The notes: generated by a model from the letters alone, not told the origin. Counted from the stretch's first letter, positions 1 through 14,412 are shown. The stretch: 64,000 bases of DNA from Octopus vulgaris (GCA_951406725.2 OX597827.1:13144001-13208000), one strand, 5' to 3'. Program-made: numbers and translations.

Positions 1-390
1 ACTTGTTTCAGTCATTTGACTGCGGCCATGCTGGAGCACCGCCTTTAGTCAAGCAAATCGACCCCGGGACTTATTCTTTGTAAGCCCAGTACTTATTCTA
101 TCGGTCTCTTTTGCCGAACCGCTAAGTGACAGGGACGTAAACACACCAGCATCGGTTGTCAAGCAATTCTAGGGGGACAAACACACACAAACACACACAC
201 ATATATATATATTATATACATATATACGACAGGCTTCTTTCAGTTTCCGTCTACCAAATCCGCTCACAAGGCATTGGTCGGCCCGGGGCTATAGCAGAAG
301 ACACTTGCCTAAGATGCCACGCAGTGGGACTGAACCCGGAACCATGTGGTTGGTTAGCAAGCTACTTACCACACAGCCACTCCTGCGCCT
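1..390 (-). mobile_element. tRNA-derived SINE, family A (~390 bp, internal TA/CA microsatellite)
   Basis: The minus strand begins GGCGCAGGAGTGGCTGTGTGGTAAG..GGTTCCGGGTTCAGTCCC (A/B-box-like tRNA head) and ends GACTGAAACAAGT. More than 20 near-identical copies occur in the window. Confidence 0.9.
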
Positions 391-943
391 ATTTAATAAC
401 ATCTTTTTTGCATTGTAATTTTGAATCCTACTCCCAATGTTAACTTTTTTCATCCTTCTAAGATCGATAAAATACATATCAGTCCTATACTGGGGTCAAT
501 ATGATTGACTGTGCATCTTACTGCATATGTGTGACCTTATACCAGTATTAGAAATCAACATTTTATATATGATAATGTTGAATTTTTCACTTCTGTCTGA
601 AGACGTTAACTTATTACTATTCCAGAACATTAATCACATCAGTTTTTTGTTTTTTTCTGGTCTTGGCAGAACTGCAAAGACTGTGTACACAGGCTAAAAC
701 CAACAAGAAAACTTCTTTAAATGAATATAAAATAAAGATATTTTTGATAAACATAAAATAAAGATATTTTTAAATAAATATAAAATTCAGAAAATATTTT
801 AAAATAAATATGAAATGTAGAAATGTGTTTGCTTGAATTTGCTGGAAAACTACTATTTGTAGCAAATTCAAGAGTTCACCGTGTGTATTCTTTTGCATCC
901 TCTCCCGGTATTAAATGAAACTTTCTTACAATTTCCACATATA

Positions 944-1354
944 CTCCTTTACTCCTTTACTTGTTTCTGTCATTTGACTGCAGCCATGCTGGAGCACCAC
1001 TTTTAGTCGAGCAAATCGAACCCAGGACTTATTCTTTGTAAGCCTAGTACCTATTCTATCAGTCTCTTTTGCTGAACCGCTAAGTTACGGGGACGTAAAC
1101 ACACCAGCACCGGTTGTCAAGCATGTTGGTGGGGACAAACAAATACACACACACACCTACACATATATATATATATATATATACATATATACGACGGGCT
1201 TCTTTCAGTTTCCATCTACCAAATCCACTCACAAGGCTTTGGTCGGCTCAAGGCTATAGTAGAAGATACTTGCCCAAGGTGCCATGCAGTGGGAGTGAAC
1301 CTGGAACCATGTGGTTGGTAAGCGCAAGCTACTTACCACACAGCCACTCCTGCA
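944..1354 (-). mobile_element. SINE family A
   Basis: Full-length match to the copy at 1-390. Confidence 0.9.
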
Positions 1355-1514
1355 TCTATGAGCTAAACAAACAATAAACAACCAGCATTGTAAGTGATAA
1401 TGAATTTCCTATAATTCATTCTGTATATTTCCTCTTCAATCACTCATCACACGAAAACAACAAACTAATATTTCTTTTGCAATTCTGTAAAGTTCTCCCT
1501 AATACCCAGTCAAC

Positions 1515-1903
1515 AGGTGCAGGAGTGGCTGTGTGGTAAGTAGCTTGCTAAGCAACCACATGGTTCCGGGTTCAGTCCCACTGCGTGGCATCTTGGGCAA
1601 GTGTCTTCTGCTATAGCACCGGGCCGACCAATGCCTTGTGAGTGGATTTGGTAGACGGAAACTGAAAGAAGCCCATCGTATATATGTATATATATATATA
1701 TATATGTGTGTGTGTTTGTCCCACTAGCATTGCTTGACAACCGATGCCGGTGGGTTTACGTCCTCGTCATTTAGCGGTTCGGCTAAAGAGACCGATAGAA
1801 TAAGTACTGGGCTTACAAAGAATAAGTCACGGGATCGATTTGCTCGACTAAAGGCGTTGCTCCAGCATGGCCGCAGTCACATGACTGAAACAAGTAAAAG
1901 AGA
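1515..1903 (+). mobile_element. SINE family A (inverted relative to 944-1354)
   Basis: Starts GGTGCAGGAGTGGCTGTGTGGTAAG and ends GAAACAAGTAAAAGAG. Confidence 0.9.
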
Positions 1904-2219
1904 AACAGATGTTCTAACAGAGACATTTTGCTTATCAAGTTTTATTTAACTTAACAAACTGAACAAAACAATCTGCTTCTAAACAACTTCCATCTAGCAT
2001 TGATCAATCTTGTCTTCTCTCGGATTAGACATAATATCTTTGTAGAATATATTAACGTTTTCAGCTAAACAAATTTATGGTTCTTTATCAAATTTAAATC
2101 CTTGCATAAAATACGTTTTTCTTTTGAGTGGTTCTCTTATGCGGCTTCTTAAAGAGATGAGACTCCAATGTTATGAGATATTACAAAAGTCATTTAGATA
2201 CAAGTTATATCAGAGGTAA

Positions 2220-2619
2220 TCTTTATATATAAAAGAGAGGATGTGTGCTGTCTGTCTCATACGATTTAGATTCCTAACTACTCCCACATTTTGCGGTGCA
2301 GTTCAACCAAAACCGGGTATCTTATAGTCGTGATTCATATCGAGCCCTTCTGGGTATTAGCGCGCATCTATAATGAGTCTACGATTTAAAAAAAAATTTA
2401 CCATCAATTTTTCCCATTTTTTAATGCATTTTGGCATATATTAGGGAAGTAACTCACTAAAAATTTATTATTAAATCTCAGAACGTAAAAAGCTACAGTA
2501 ACCCCCCCCCCCCCTTTGTGGTTAACCATATTGAGATGGCTATTATACTTTACACCTCTAAAAATGCTTATATAGTTATTTTCCTTAGAAACCCGAGCAA
2601 CGCCGGGCGATACTGCTAG
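2220..2619 (+). mobile_element. Non-autonomous Helitron (~400 bp)
   Basis: 5' TC start (TCTTTATATATAAAAG), 3' subterminal hairpin CCCGAGCAACGCCGGG followed by CTAG, inserted between host A2219 and T2620 with no TSD. Confidence 0.85.
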
Positions 2620-2862
2620 TATGAAGATAGAAATTCAAGCTAACCAAAGTACAAGACTCTCCTACAAAATAGAGATAAATTGTCTTTCCGTAGTAAAACT
2701 GTTCCGTACCTTGTTGTAGTCCTTTATGCTGATCATTATTGGCAAGCAATAAACCAATCATTGGCTTGCTGGTAATTTCTAGCCAATAATTTTGGCTTAC
2801 CAATTAAGTAATAATTATATGAATTATTTCATTAATCTAAATAATTAACACCTTCATATTGT

Positions 2863-3024
2863 TGGTGCAGGCATGGCTGTGTGATTAAAAACTTGCTTCC
2901 AGATTCAATCCCACTACATGGCACCTAGGATGAGTGTCTTCTATAATATACAATAGGTGCCGGCTGACCAAAACCTTGGGAGTGGATTTGGTATGCAGAA
3001 ACTGAAAGAAGCCTGTTGTATACG

Positions 3025-3065
<41 letters not shown>

Positions 3066-3066
3066 T

Positions 3067-3117
<51 letters not shown>

Positions 3118-3158
3118 CATATATATACTTAAATATATATATATATATATACACATAC

Positions 3159-3189
<31 letters not shown>

Positions 3190-3306
3190 CATATATATAC
3201 ATATATATACATATATATACATATATATACATACATATATATACATATATACATACATATATATACATATATATATATATATACATACATATATATATAT
3301 ATATAT

Positions 3307-3367
<61 letters not shown>

Positions 3368-3810
3368 TAGATAGATAGATGCCGGCATGGCTGTGTGGTG
3401 AGCTTGTTTCCCAACCACATGGTTCTGGTTTCAATCTCACTATGTGGCACCTTGGGCAAGTGTCCTCTACTATAGCCTTGGGCCAACCAAAGCCTTGTGA
3501 GTGGATTTGGCAGATGGAAACTGAAAGAAGCCTGTTGTATATATATATATATCTATATAGATATCCGTGTATGTTTGTGTCATTGTGTCTGTGTTTGTCT
3601 CCCACCACCACTTGTCAACTAGTGTCGGTGTGTTGGTGTGTTGACATCTCTGTAACTTAGTGGTTCAGCAAAGGAGACTGATAGAATAAGTACCATGCTT
3701 TAAAAAAAAAAATAAGTACTGGAGTTGTTTCATTTGACTGAAAGTTCTTCGAGGCTGTGTGGGGGCAGCATGACTGCAGTCTGATGGTTGGAATGATTAA
3801 AAGATAAAAG
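2863..3810 (+). mobile_element. Two diverged SINE A copies separated by an expanded (TA)/(TACA)/(GA) tract
   Basis: SINE A heads at ~2863 and ~3383; tail at ~3760-3810. Confidence 0.75.
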
Positions 3811-4474
3811 GTAAGAAGAGAATTTTGGAGATATGAAGGAGAAGGCAAAGTGAAAATTGTGACATTCATGTATTGTGCAGGAATTTTATTGATATAAATA
3901 AAATGCTTTCAATTTGGGAAGGAAAACATCGTCAAGGACTCAATGAACTGTGAACTTAGCAATGCACTAAAGTGCGTACTTCAAGGAAATATACATATAA
4001 TATAGCAATAATTTATAACTAGTCAGATACAGCGAGTAGATGTCAATACAAGCATTTCGCTATGAAAATAGCGTCTCATAGAAATGATTGTATTAATTCT
4101 TAACCAGTCTGTCTTTAAAATGATTTGTGGAACTGGCTTTAATGACACGAGGCTCTGAATAAGAAATTCTGTTTTCTTTTGAGATCTTTATAACAATAAC
4201 TCACTCAGTTTTATTAGCATTGCAGTATTCTCCCTTTTCTATTATTGCTATTTCAGGTTTTAAATGCTGGCTTCTTGTTTAAACATTATACATATCTGAG
4301 CTACCGTAACTATTGTCTTTTGCCGTCTTCAGTGGCTTACGTCTTCAGTGTTAGTGTTACATTATGTACACAACAATAGCTGTTAAGATTATGGAAAAAT
4401 TTAAACGTACAACATAAAATAAACTCTAAACTATTGGATGAATCAATTCATAAGAATGAATTGGATTTATTGTT

Positions 4475-4519
4475 ATGATAATAATAATAATAATAAAAAT
4501 AAGAAGAAGAATAATAGTA

Positions 4520-4582
<63 letters not shown>

Positions 4583-4612
4583 GTAATAATAATAATGATA
4601 ATAATAATAATA

Positions 4613-4660
<48 letters not shown>

Positions 4661-4759
4661 GTAATAATAACAATGATAATGATAATAATAATGATAATAA
4701 TGATAATAATAGTAATAATAATAATAATAATAATAGTAATAATAACAATGATAATGATA

Positions 4760-4796
<37 letters not shown>

Positions 4797-4911
4797 TAAT
4801 AATGATAATAATAATAATAGTAATAGTAATAATGATAATAATAATAGTAATAATAATAATAATAGTAATAATAATAATGATAATAATAATAGTAATAATA
4901 ATAATAATGAT
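4475..4911. repeat. (AAT)n microsatellite with GAT/AGT variants
   Basis: Directly visible. Confidence 0.98.
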
Positions 4912-5062
4912 GGCAGTGATGAAGAAGACACTTTCTTTTATTGGCCCACAAGGGCCTAAGACATTGGAGACGGTACAATGGTGAAATACAAAAGAAAACA
5001 ATAAACAGTAAACAGTAGGATATTTAGGTATTTATATGGTGTACAAGGAAATGAGTGTGCGT

Positions 5063-5106
<44 letters not shown>

Positions 5107-5517
5107 GTGTGTGTGTTATACATATATTGCTCTGCATGAGGTTCGTATACTCCAGTGTTTATTTAGAACACAGCTAAATTCTAAAGTGATTCAAAGAAAA
5201 GAGAATGAAGAATACAAGAGTCTATATTCTGGAGCATCTGCCATTCAACACTTTTAACATCGACCTGCTTTCAAGTTTCGTATTTAAATTATAAGTTTTG
5301 TGTCAAAATTGCATTGTAACATGAATAGTCATATAAAATTTCAGTTGGTCAACACCAGTGAAATATTGAACCAATATAGAAAATTCTAGAAATTTATCTA
5401 AAATCTGCATGGCTGCATTCTGTTGACTACAGTAAGTAAAAAGTTAAATAGTAAATATCTTACAGTGGTGAGAATAGACAGGAAATAATATCAAATCATA
5501 TCAATAGATCTACAAGT

Positions 5518-5694
5518 GGAAGCACATGGCCTAGTGGTTAGAGCAGCAGACTCACGGTCGAGGGATTGTGGGTTCGAATCTCAGACCAGGTGATGTGTGT
5601 TTATGAGCGAAACACCCAAGCTCCACGTGGCTCCGGCAGAAGGTAATGACGAACTTCTGCTGACTCATTCGCCACAACTTTCTCTCACTCTTTC
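5518..5694 (+). mobile_element. tRNA-derived SINE, family C (3'-truncated)
   Basis: Head TGGCCTAGTGGTTAGAGC..GGTTCGAATCTC; matches the reverse complement of 33841-34140. Confidence 0.8.
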
Positions 5695-5939
5695 AGTAAT
5701 AAGCAACCAATAAAATAAAAATAAGTTTCAAATTGAAATAAGTAGCCGCATTGATTTTACACTGATATAACCTCAAGATACAAATATGCATGCACACTCA
5801 TAAATGTCGGTGTTGACTAGAAAATCCTAGAGGATTGTGACATTTTTACCTTCAATGACTGACTGAGGATGATGTTCATACTAGTAAGCAAGGGAGTTGA
5901 TTTTTTAGTGTTTATATATTTTCATATGTAAATACTGTC

Positions 5940-6330
5940 CTACCCAGGCTGTTGCTTGGTCTACATCAGCATTTCAGTTTTGAAGTATATACTGTCTATT
6001 ATGCAGAGGCTTCTGGTGCCACTGCTCCTCAATTTGTTTCTGCCCATTTTTTTTTGCAGTTTGTTTGATCTGTTTTGCTTCTTTGGTAGCAGTGGTTTCA
6101 GGTTTTTCATCTAATTCAGGGTTAATGCCCAATTCTCTTGCAAATTCGTAAGCTTCCTTGACAATAGAAAGTGGGGCTTTTTTTTTTTTTGCTGCTTTCA
6201 TGTTTGAACACAAGCCACAGCATCCAATCCTCTGTACTAGGTAAGTACTTGCTCATTGCTATTGTAGAGATCCTATAGCACAGTTCTTACCTGCATCATT
6301 CCTCTTCCCCCATTACATCTAGGTATATTA
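5940..6330 (-). pseudogene. Decayed non-LTR retrotransposon ORF fragment (R4/Dong-like, downstream of RT)
   Basis: The minus strand reads IPRCNGGRGMMQ (cf. the PRxxGGRGL thumb motif), then WHQKPLH..QY and ADVDQATAWV, with frameshifts. Confidence 0.65.
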
Positions 6331-6615
6331 TTACTATTATTATCATTACTAGTGCATGATCCATCAATAAGGAAAAAAACAATGCTATGTTTAGAATAAC
6401 ATTTCAATTTAATTCAACTATTGTTTGAGAAATACACAAAAGATATAATTTGATGATATATTTACATATACTTATTTATGCAAATACTTTGCAAAATCAG
6501 TAATAAAATAACAAAGGAAATATTAAGCAAATCTGTACTTTTTACACAGGCAGCATATCAATATTTACACTATTTCCATATAGACAACATTATGTGTTGA
6601 CAACATTATGTGTAT

Positions 6616-7002
6616 GGAGGCGCAATGGCCCAGTGGTTAGGGCAGTGGACTCGCAGTCGTAGGATCGCGGTTTCGATTTCCAGGCCGGGCATTGTGAGTG
6701 TTTATTGAGCGAAAACACCTAAAGCTCCACGATGTTCCGGCAGGGGATGGTGGTGATCCCTGCTGTACTCTTTCACCACAACTTTCTCTCACTCTTACTT
6801 CCTGTTTCTGTTGTGCCTGTATTTCAAAGGGCCGGCCTTGTCACTCTCTGTGTCACGCTGAATATCCCCGAGAACTGCGTTAAGGGTACACGTGTCTGTG
6901 GAGTGCTCAGCCACTTACACATTAATTTCACGAGCAGGCTGTTCCGTTGATTGGATCAACCGGAACCCTCGTCGTCGTAACCGATGGAGTGCTTCCCCCC
7001 CC
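6616..7002 (+). mobile_element. SINE family C variant with 12-bp TSD
   Basis: tRNA-like head GGAGGCGCAATGGCCCAGTGGTTAGG..GGTTTCGATTTCC; TSD CATTATGTGTAT at 6604-6615 and 7003-7014. Confidence 0.85.
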
Positions 7003-7039
7003 CATTATGTGTATTTTCATTATGATGTCTACATGTTCC

Positions 7040-7790
7040 TCATCTGGTAAATTCCTTTTGATCAGCAGATGTTTTAAGATTCACTGCATCCCCAACTCTG
7101 CTAAGAGTAACATATAACTGACCATGAGTAAATACTGATGCAGGTATGTAGATGCTGCACTTAAAAAGGCTTTGCCCTTGACTTTTGTTTATAGACATTG
7201 TGAAAGCAGGTCACACTTGAAATTGGCATCTTTTCAAAGAAAAAGGGCAAATCTCTATCAGATGGTTGCAGAATAATGCAGGGAATCAAAAGCATGCGTC
7301 CTGCATCAACACCAGTTGTTTTGCTTGCAGTGATCATGTTATCCTACACCTATAACAGTGGTTTTCAACCAGGGTTCCGCGGAACCTTAGGGTTCCGCCA
7401 GTACAGTCCAGGGGTTCCGCAAGAAGTTACAAAAATGCTAAGATCGACAGTAATTTTTAATTCTCCTGTGCACATATGTGTGCATAAGACAATTAAATTA
7501 TTGCACAGGGGTTCCTTGAGCCAGTGGAATGTTTCCTTGGGGTTCGCTCCAGCAAAAAGGTTGAAAAGCACTGACCTATAATGTTCTATAACATGTGCCA
7601 TTGCAGAGCCCATTTCTCTGATCCAAGTTTCTTTGCAACATTATAGGAACACCCATTTTTAATTTGATAATGTGAGGTGGCATGCCACTTATATTAAGAG
7701 AATTCATGAATTCAGGAGTATAGAGTGCAGATTGTTGATCTTCTGCAATGGAATCAATTCTCCTCAGAGTATAAATCTCACCTGGAAATT
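7040..7790 (-). pseudogene. Helitron RepHel PIF1-like helicase C-terminal relic
   Basis: The minus strand encodes EFMNSLNISGMPPH..LKMGVPIMLQRNLD..NGLCNGT, MSINKSQGQSL and VFTHGQLYVTLSRVG. It has stops and frameshifts and is interrupted by a MITE. Confidence 0.9.
7356..7573. mobile_element. hAT-type MITE (218 bp)
   Basis: TIRs CAGTGGTTTTCAACC / GGTTGAAAAGCACTG; perfect 8-bp TSD ACCTATAA at 7348-7355 and 7574-7581. Confidence 0.92.
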
Positions 7791-8169
7791 TCTGGATTAT
7801 GTGAATTTTACATAGTCAACTTCTTCATTCTTTGTTGTTATATATATATATATATATAGATAGATAGATAGATGAATATATACACGTGTATATATGTGAA
7901 TACTGATGAAAATTAACAGGTCATTTTATTCCCACCAGCCAGCTTGTGAATTCAGCAAAAAGTTAAGAATTTACCTGATCAGGAACAATTTTATACCGAA
8001 ATCTTTTTTTAGAAATTGCTTGAACTGAAAAAATTTGCTTGAACTAAAATCTCTTCGTGCTTGATTCAAGTAAAAAAAGTTTGCCAATATTCAGAGGAAT
8101 ATTTAAAACTTGGATTTATACCCGCTATCCATGATAAACTGTTACCAAGTTATTGGCGAAAAACTTGGT

Positions 8170-8510
8170 GCACTGCCTTTAGTCAAGCAAATTAACCCCA
8201 ACACTTATTCTTTGTAAGCCCAGTACTTTGCTGAACCGCTAAGTTACAGGGACGTAAACACACCAGCATCAGTTGTCAAGTGATGTTAGGGAGGACAAAC
8301 ACAGATGCACAAACATATACGCACACACACATATATATATACATATATACGACAGGCTTCTTTCAGTTTCCGTATACCAAATCCACTCACAAGGCTTTGG
8401 TCAGCCCAAGGCTATAGTAGAAGACACTTGCCCAAGATGCCACGCAGTGGGACTGAACCCAGAACCATGTGGTTGTTAAGCAAGCTACTTACCACACAGC
8501 CACTCCTATG
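8170..8510 (-). mobile_element. SINE family A
   Basis: Matches family A body and head. Confidence 0.85.
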
Positions 8511-8694
8511 CTTGTGTTTAAAATTAATCATCTTCATTGATTCGATTCTCAATCTTTTAAGCTTAAGCCACTCTTTTATATTGTTCTTATTTATCTCTGT
8601 CTTCATTAAGATATATTAACGATCCTCTTACGTCTATCAGTAACCTTTTTTAAAGTTCGGTAAAGTATGTTTTCTAGCACTCAATTTGATAGTC

Positions 8695-8697
8695 TTG

Positions 8698-8729
<32 letters not shown>

Positions 8730-9452
8730 GGTGGTGGTAGTTGTGGTGGTTGTTTTGGTGGTGGTGGTGGTGGTGGTAGTGGCAGTGGTGGTGGTTGTTT
8801 TGGTGGTAGTGGTGGTGGTGGTGGTGGTGGTGGTGATGATGTTGGTGGTGGTGCTGGTGGTGGTGCTGGTGGTTGTTTTGGTGGTGGTAGTGGCGGTGGT
8901 GGTGGTGGTGGTGGTAGTGGTTGTGATGGTGGTTGTTTTGGTGGTGGTAGTGGTGTGGTGGTAGTTGTGGTGGTGGTAGTGGTGGTGGTTGTTTTGGTGG
9001 TGGTGGTGGTGGTGGTGGTTGTTTTGGTGGTGGTGGTGGTGGTGGTGGTAGTGGTTGTGATGGTGGTTGTTTTGGTGGTGGTAGTTGTGGTGGTGGTAGT
9101 TGTGGTGGTGGTAGTGGTGGTGGTTGTTTTGGTGGTGGTAGTGGCGGTGGTGGTTGTTTTGGTGGTGGTGGTGGTGGTGGTAGTGGTTGTGATGGTGGTT
9201 GTTTTGGTGGTGGTAGTTGTGATGGTGGTTGTTTTGGTGGTGGTAGTTGTGGTGGTTGTTTTGGTGGTGGTAGTGGCGGTGGTGGTGGGGGGTTGTTTTG
9301 GTGGTGGTGGTGGTGGGGTGATGATGTTGGTGGTGATGGTGGTGGTGCTGGTGGTTGTGCTGATGGAGGTGGCAGAGATGTTAGTGACGTTGGTGGTGGT
9401 GATAGTTTTGGTGGTGACAGTGGCGGTGGTGGTGGTGGTGGTGGTGGTGGTG
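8695..9452. repeat. (GGT)n/(GTT)n compound low-complexity repeat
   Basis: Directly visible, with recurrent GGTTGTTTTGGTGG subunits. Confidence 0.97.
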
Positions 9453-10156
9453 ATTAAGGAAACAGATATTCCCATAAAAGGAAATTATAGAACAAAAATG
9501 TCAATTGTCTTTACAAAGATTAGGGCAGTAAAAAACGTTTGCTTTTTGGGGTCTTTTTTTATTATATACATACAAATACAATCTTTTTTGTTTGTTTAAT
9601 TTTCTGCCCTCCCACTTCGATATATATATATTTATATATATTTTAATCCAATATTGACAACAAGCTAAATTACAACAATTTACCTTAACTCTTAGCTGAG
9701 TAATACCTCTCCATCTCATTTCAAGTGGAAAATCTTCATTTTGTTGAAGGGGTTTTTTTTTTTCCCTAGCATTTTGTTATTTAATTCTAGAAATCTCCAA
9801 AATATTTCAACTGTTTTTTAGTCTTTTCTTTTTAAATTTCCAATACACAATTATACACAATGACTTACACACGCCCACAAGTATGTACACTGTATACTTA
9901 GTTATATACACATAGCTGAACTCTACATATGTGACGTGAATTCTCTCTCGCTCCCTTTCTCTGTCTCCTCTCTCTCTCTCTCTCTCTCTCTCCCTCTCTC
10001 TCGCTTTCCGTTGTTTTCTTTCTTGCTGTATGTAAGTATGTATATAAGTATGAATATACATATGCATGTATGTGTGTATTTGTTGATATATATATATATA
10101 TACGTACATGTGGATATATATATATATATACATTTACATATATATATGTATATATA

Positions 10157-10190
<34 letters not shown>

Positions 10191-11458
10191 CATACATACA
10201 TTTACACACACACACACACACACGCACACATATATATATATATATACATGCATACATTTACATATATATATAGAGAGAGAGATGTAGATGCATAGATATA
10301 TGTAATATAGATAGATATATAGATATCATTCTAAGCATATATTGATATGTGTACACACACTCAGAGAAAGGAATTCAGTTTATGTTATCTGTGTGTGTGT
10401 GTGTGTGTGTGTATGTGTGCTTATGTGTTTATGTTTGTATGTGTGTATGCGTGCATTTATATATGTATGTATGTATGTAAGGGGAGCAGTGCATGTGTGT
10501 GTGTGTGTGTGAATTACTATGATAATGTCAGTTTGAGTTAATCAATAAACTAAAGTAGTCGGTGTTGAACATTTTTGAAACTATCTCGCAAAAATAATAA
10601 TTGCTTTTGTCTGTTTCTTGTTTTATTGTCATAAAATGTTGCCAAAGTCTTAAATATTTTTCTAAACACTACAAAAACACAAACATAGCCGTTTCCTTGA
10701 CAACTTCATTATTGTCTTTTCTGATTGTTTTTATTATCTCACCCTCTTCTTTCCTCCATTCCTCCACACCAAACACAAATAAATACACAACATATACACT
10801 ACCCAAGTAGCTTCTAGAAATCTTGTTTGTTATAACAGTCGACATAAGTATTTTGCTGTTTTTCTGACTAAGAAGTAAAACGTTCTATGATGATAAACAG
10901 ACTGAATGAAAAAAAAACATAAGCAAAAATAATATAAAAAGACAATATTCATATTATATTGCAATGAATTCTTACAGAGAAGACAATCAAGCACTAGAAA
11001 GATATTTCCTCCTACTCAAACAAATCGAAGCAGCTTGTGGCTTTTTTTTTCACCCCACTCTGTCTCTCTCTGTCTCTCTGTCTCTCTCTCCCTGCCCCTG
11101 CTTTAAAAGTTTCTTGTTAATTTTGTTTTCCATTTTATCATTAATCATTATTTTGCAATATCCTTCTCCTATTTAATATCTTTTAACAAAACACTGATTT
11201 CTTTTCTGACTTGGTACTAGGGGAACATTTTATAGAGAACGATAGCATTTAATGAATCATTCATAAAGCACAGAACATGGGTGCAGCCAAGATTTTGACC
11301 GAAGAAAAAAGGATTCTCAATTCTTAAAATGGATCCCCCGACATCCATCTGATTTGTTACACAAAATTAAAATAAATATTAATAATAATTATATCTTGCA
11401 TGATGAGGTTTGACTGAACCCACAAAACACTGCCTAGGTATGAGGGACATAATATACC

Positions 11459-11871
11459 TATTTCTTTACTACCCACAAGGGGCTAAACACAGAGAGGACA
11501 AACAAGGACAGACAAATGGATTAAGTCAATTACATCGACCCCAGTGCGTAACTGGTACTTATTTAATCGACCCCGAAAGGATGAAAGGCAAAGTCGACCT
11601 CAACGAAATTTGATTTCAGAACGTAGCGGCAGATGAAATACCTATTTCTTTATTACCCACAAGGGGCTAAATATAGAAGGGACAAACAAGGACAGACATA
11701 GGTATTAAGTCGATTACATTGACCCCAGTATTTATCTGGTACTTATTTAATCTATCCCGAAAGGATGAAAGGCAAAGTCGACCTTGACGAAATTTGATCT
11801 CAGAACGTAACGGCAGACGAAATACCACTAAGCATTTCGCCCGGCGTGCTAATGATTCTGCCAGCTCGCCA
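11459..11871 (-). mobile_element. SINE family B, head plus tandem dimer of body
   Basis: Sense: GGCGAGCTGGCAGAA..GAGTTCAAATT..GCCTTTCATCCTTTCGGGGTCGATAAATTAAGTACCAG (resembles the MetaSINE-type central domain)..CCTTGTGGGTAGTAAAGAAATAGG. Flanked by the direct repeat ACATAATATACC. Confidence 0.85.
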
Positions 11872-12596
11872 CATTAACATAATATACCACAGCTGTTTTA
11901 TTGAGGGTGGTAAGACAAAAAGAAAAACTGAACTTGAACATGATTTGTTAAGAGAAACTAATTCATGTGAAGTGTTTAAAAATTTATTTTGATTACTTTC
12001 CCACATGAGCAAAAAAGAAAAAATATGGTTCATATTTACACAGAAAGAACTATGGTGAATTATGGTCAAATCAAAAGCACTAATAACTGCTTAAAGGAAA
12101 AGAATTCAGTACACTTTGTAAAGTGGTTGGCATTAGGAAGGGTTTGCCCTTTCTAATGGTGTGGCCTTGTCAGTTCCTGTCAAGCTGTCCAATCCATGCC
12201 AGCATGGAAAATGGATGTTAAAATGGTTGTTGATGATGTTGGTGATGAATCAATCCTTAAACAAACTTTGGACATCTTTTATTAGTGCCATTCATCCAGG
12301 ACTGGTTTATATATCCAGCCCAAAAGCTTAAAAGGCAAAGTTGTCCTTAATAAGATTTGAACACAGAGTACCTAAAGTTGATATAAATACCAGAAAGTGT
12401 TCAGTCAGTTACTCTAACGCCTCAGCCAATTAGCTGCATACTAATTAAATATTGGACATACACAGGGAATATATCAAATTAATGCCCAGTGATAGATTTA
12501 GATGGAAAAATAGGGTGGAAATGTTTGAGCATAGCTCTTTGTCAGATCGAGGTGTGTGTGTGTTTGTAAGATCAAATATATACATATATGCATATA

Positions 12597-13284
<688 letters not shown>

Positions 13285-13799
13285 CGACCGTTATAATCTT
13301 CATAAGAATACAAAACTGATTTCATATTAAATCTAGAGGAATATGACATATATATACACAAAAAAATCCTTAGTTGTTTGTTCAGAAGTTGATTGGATTT
13401 ATTAAATGCTAAACCAGGATAAAATAATGGCAGATTAAAGTTTTTTACTTTATTCATATATTCTTCTTAATATTTTCCAACCCTTAATTTATTAATTTTT
13501 TACTAATTTTTTTTTTCTCATTAGGGATAGATTTGGAATGTAAATTACATCCATTATTTTTGTACTCCCTTTTTTGCTAATTCCTTTGCTTTTTGCGTTC
13601 TGTATCTGTATGACCTCATATAATATATATAATTATTTATTTATTTAATCTAATTTATTTATTGTTTTCGAATTCTTTTTTTTTTTTTTTTTAACTGTGT
13701 GCTTTTATTTTTTGCCACAAAACCACTTTTTCTTGATTGAAATACTTTTCATTTAAATAAACTATCAATCAATATGAAAAAACGAAAAACCCATTTTGT

Positions 13800-14412
13800 G
13801 CATGAAGCTTTCGACCCTTAAGTTCCTTTTATAACTTTCTGCCAATGATAGGGGGCTAGTTGAATACATCAACCCCAGTGTTTCACTGGTACTTAATTTA
13901 TCAACCCCACAAAAGGATGAAAGGCAAAGATGACCTCTGCAGAATTTGAACTCAGAACACAAAGACCAACAAAATGCCACTAAGCATTTTACCTGGCATG
14001 CTATCAATTCTGCCAGCTTGCCACCTTAGCCAATAATAATAATAATAATGGTCTCAAATTTTGGCATAAGACCAGTAAGTTCAGGGATGGGGACAAGTTG
14101 ATTACACCAATTCCAGTGCTCAACTAGTACTTATTTTATTGTCCCTGAAAGAATGAAATGCAAAGTCGACATTGACAGAATTTGAACTCAGAATGTGAAG
14201 ATGGACAAAATGCCATTAAGCCTTTTGCCCAGAATTCTAAAGATTCTGCCAGCTCACCACCTTTCATTAGAAATAACAATAATCCTTTCTACTAAGGGCA
14301 CAAGGCCTGAAATTTTGGGTAAGGGGGGGGGGCTAGTCGATCATGTTGACCCCAGTATTCAACTGGTACTTAATTTATTGACCCCGAAAGGATGAAAGGC
14401 AAAGTCAACATA
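13800..14412 (-). mobile_element. Three diverged SINE B-related copies in tandem
   Basis: Repeated GACCCCAGT..CTGGTACTT..GGATGAAAGGCAAAGTC..TTTGAACTCAGAA blocks. Confidence 0.8.

Noticed and set aside
156-443. Recurrent peptide [35 protein letters not shown] in many ORFs
   Set aside because: Antisense translation of SINE A, not a gene family.
660-880. Possible GIY-YIG remnant and a 12-bp hairpin (CTTGAATTTGCT/AGCAAATTCAAG)
   Set aside because: Too degenerate to assign.
4240-4350. Minus-strand CTGAAGA boxes suggesting a hammerhead
   Set aside because: No convincing stem II/III or cleavage triplet.
4426-5001. Poly-Ile/Asn/Tyr/Leu ORFs
   Set aside because: (AAT)n microsatellite read-through.
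5518-5590. tRNA-like sequences (also at 6616, 34070 and the SINE A heads)
   Set aside because: These are SINE heads continuing into SINE bodies, without a complete cloverleaf.
8667-9599. 310-aa Gly/Val-rich ORF and antisense Thr/Pro ORF
   Set aside because: Translation of a (GGT)n repeat that is open in several frames.
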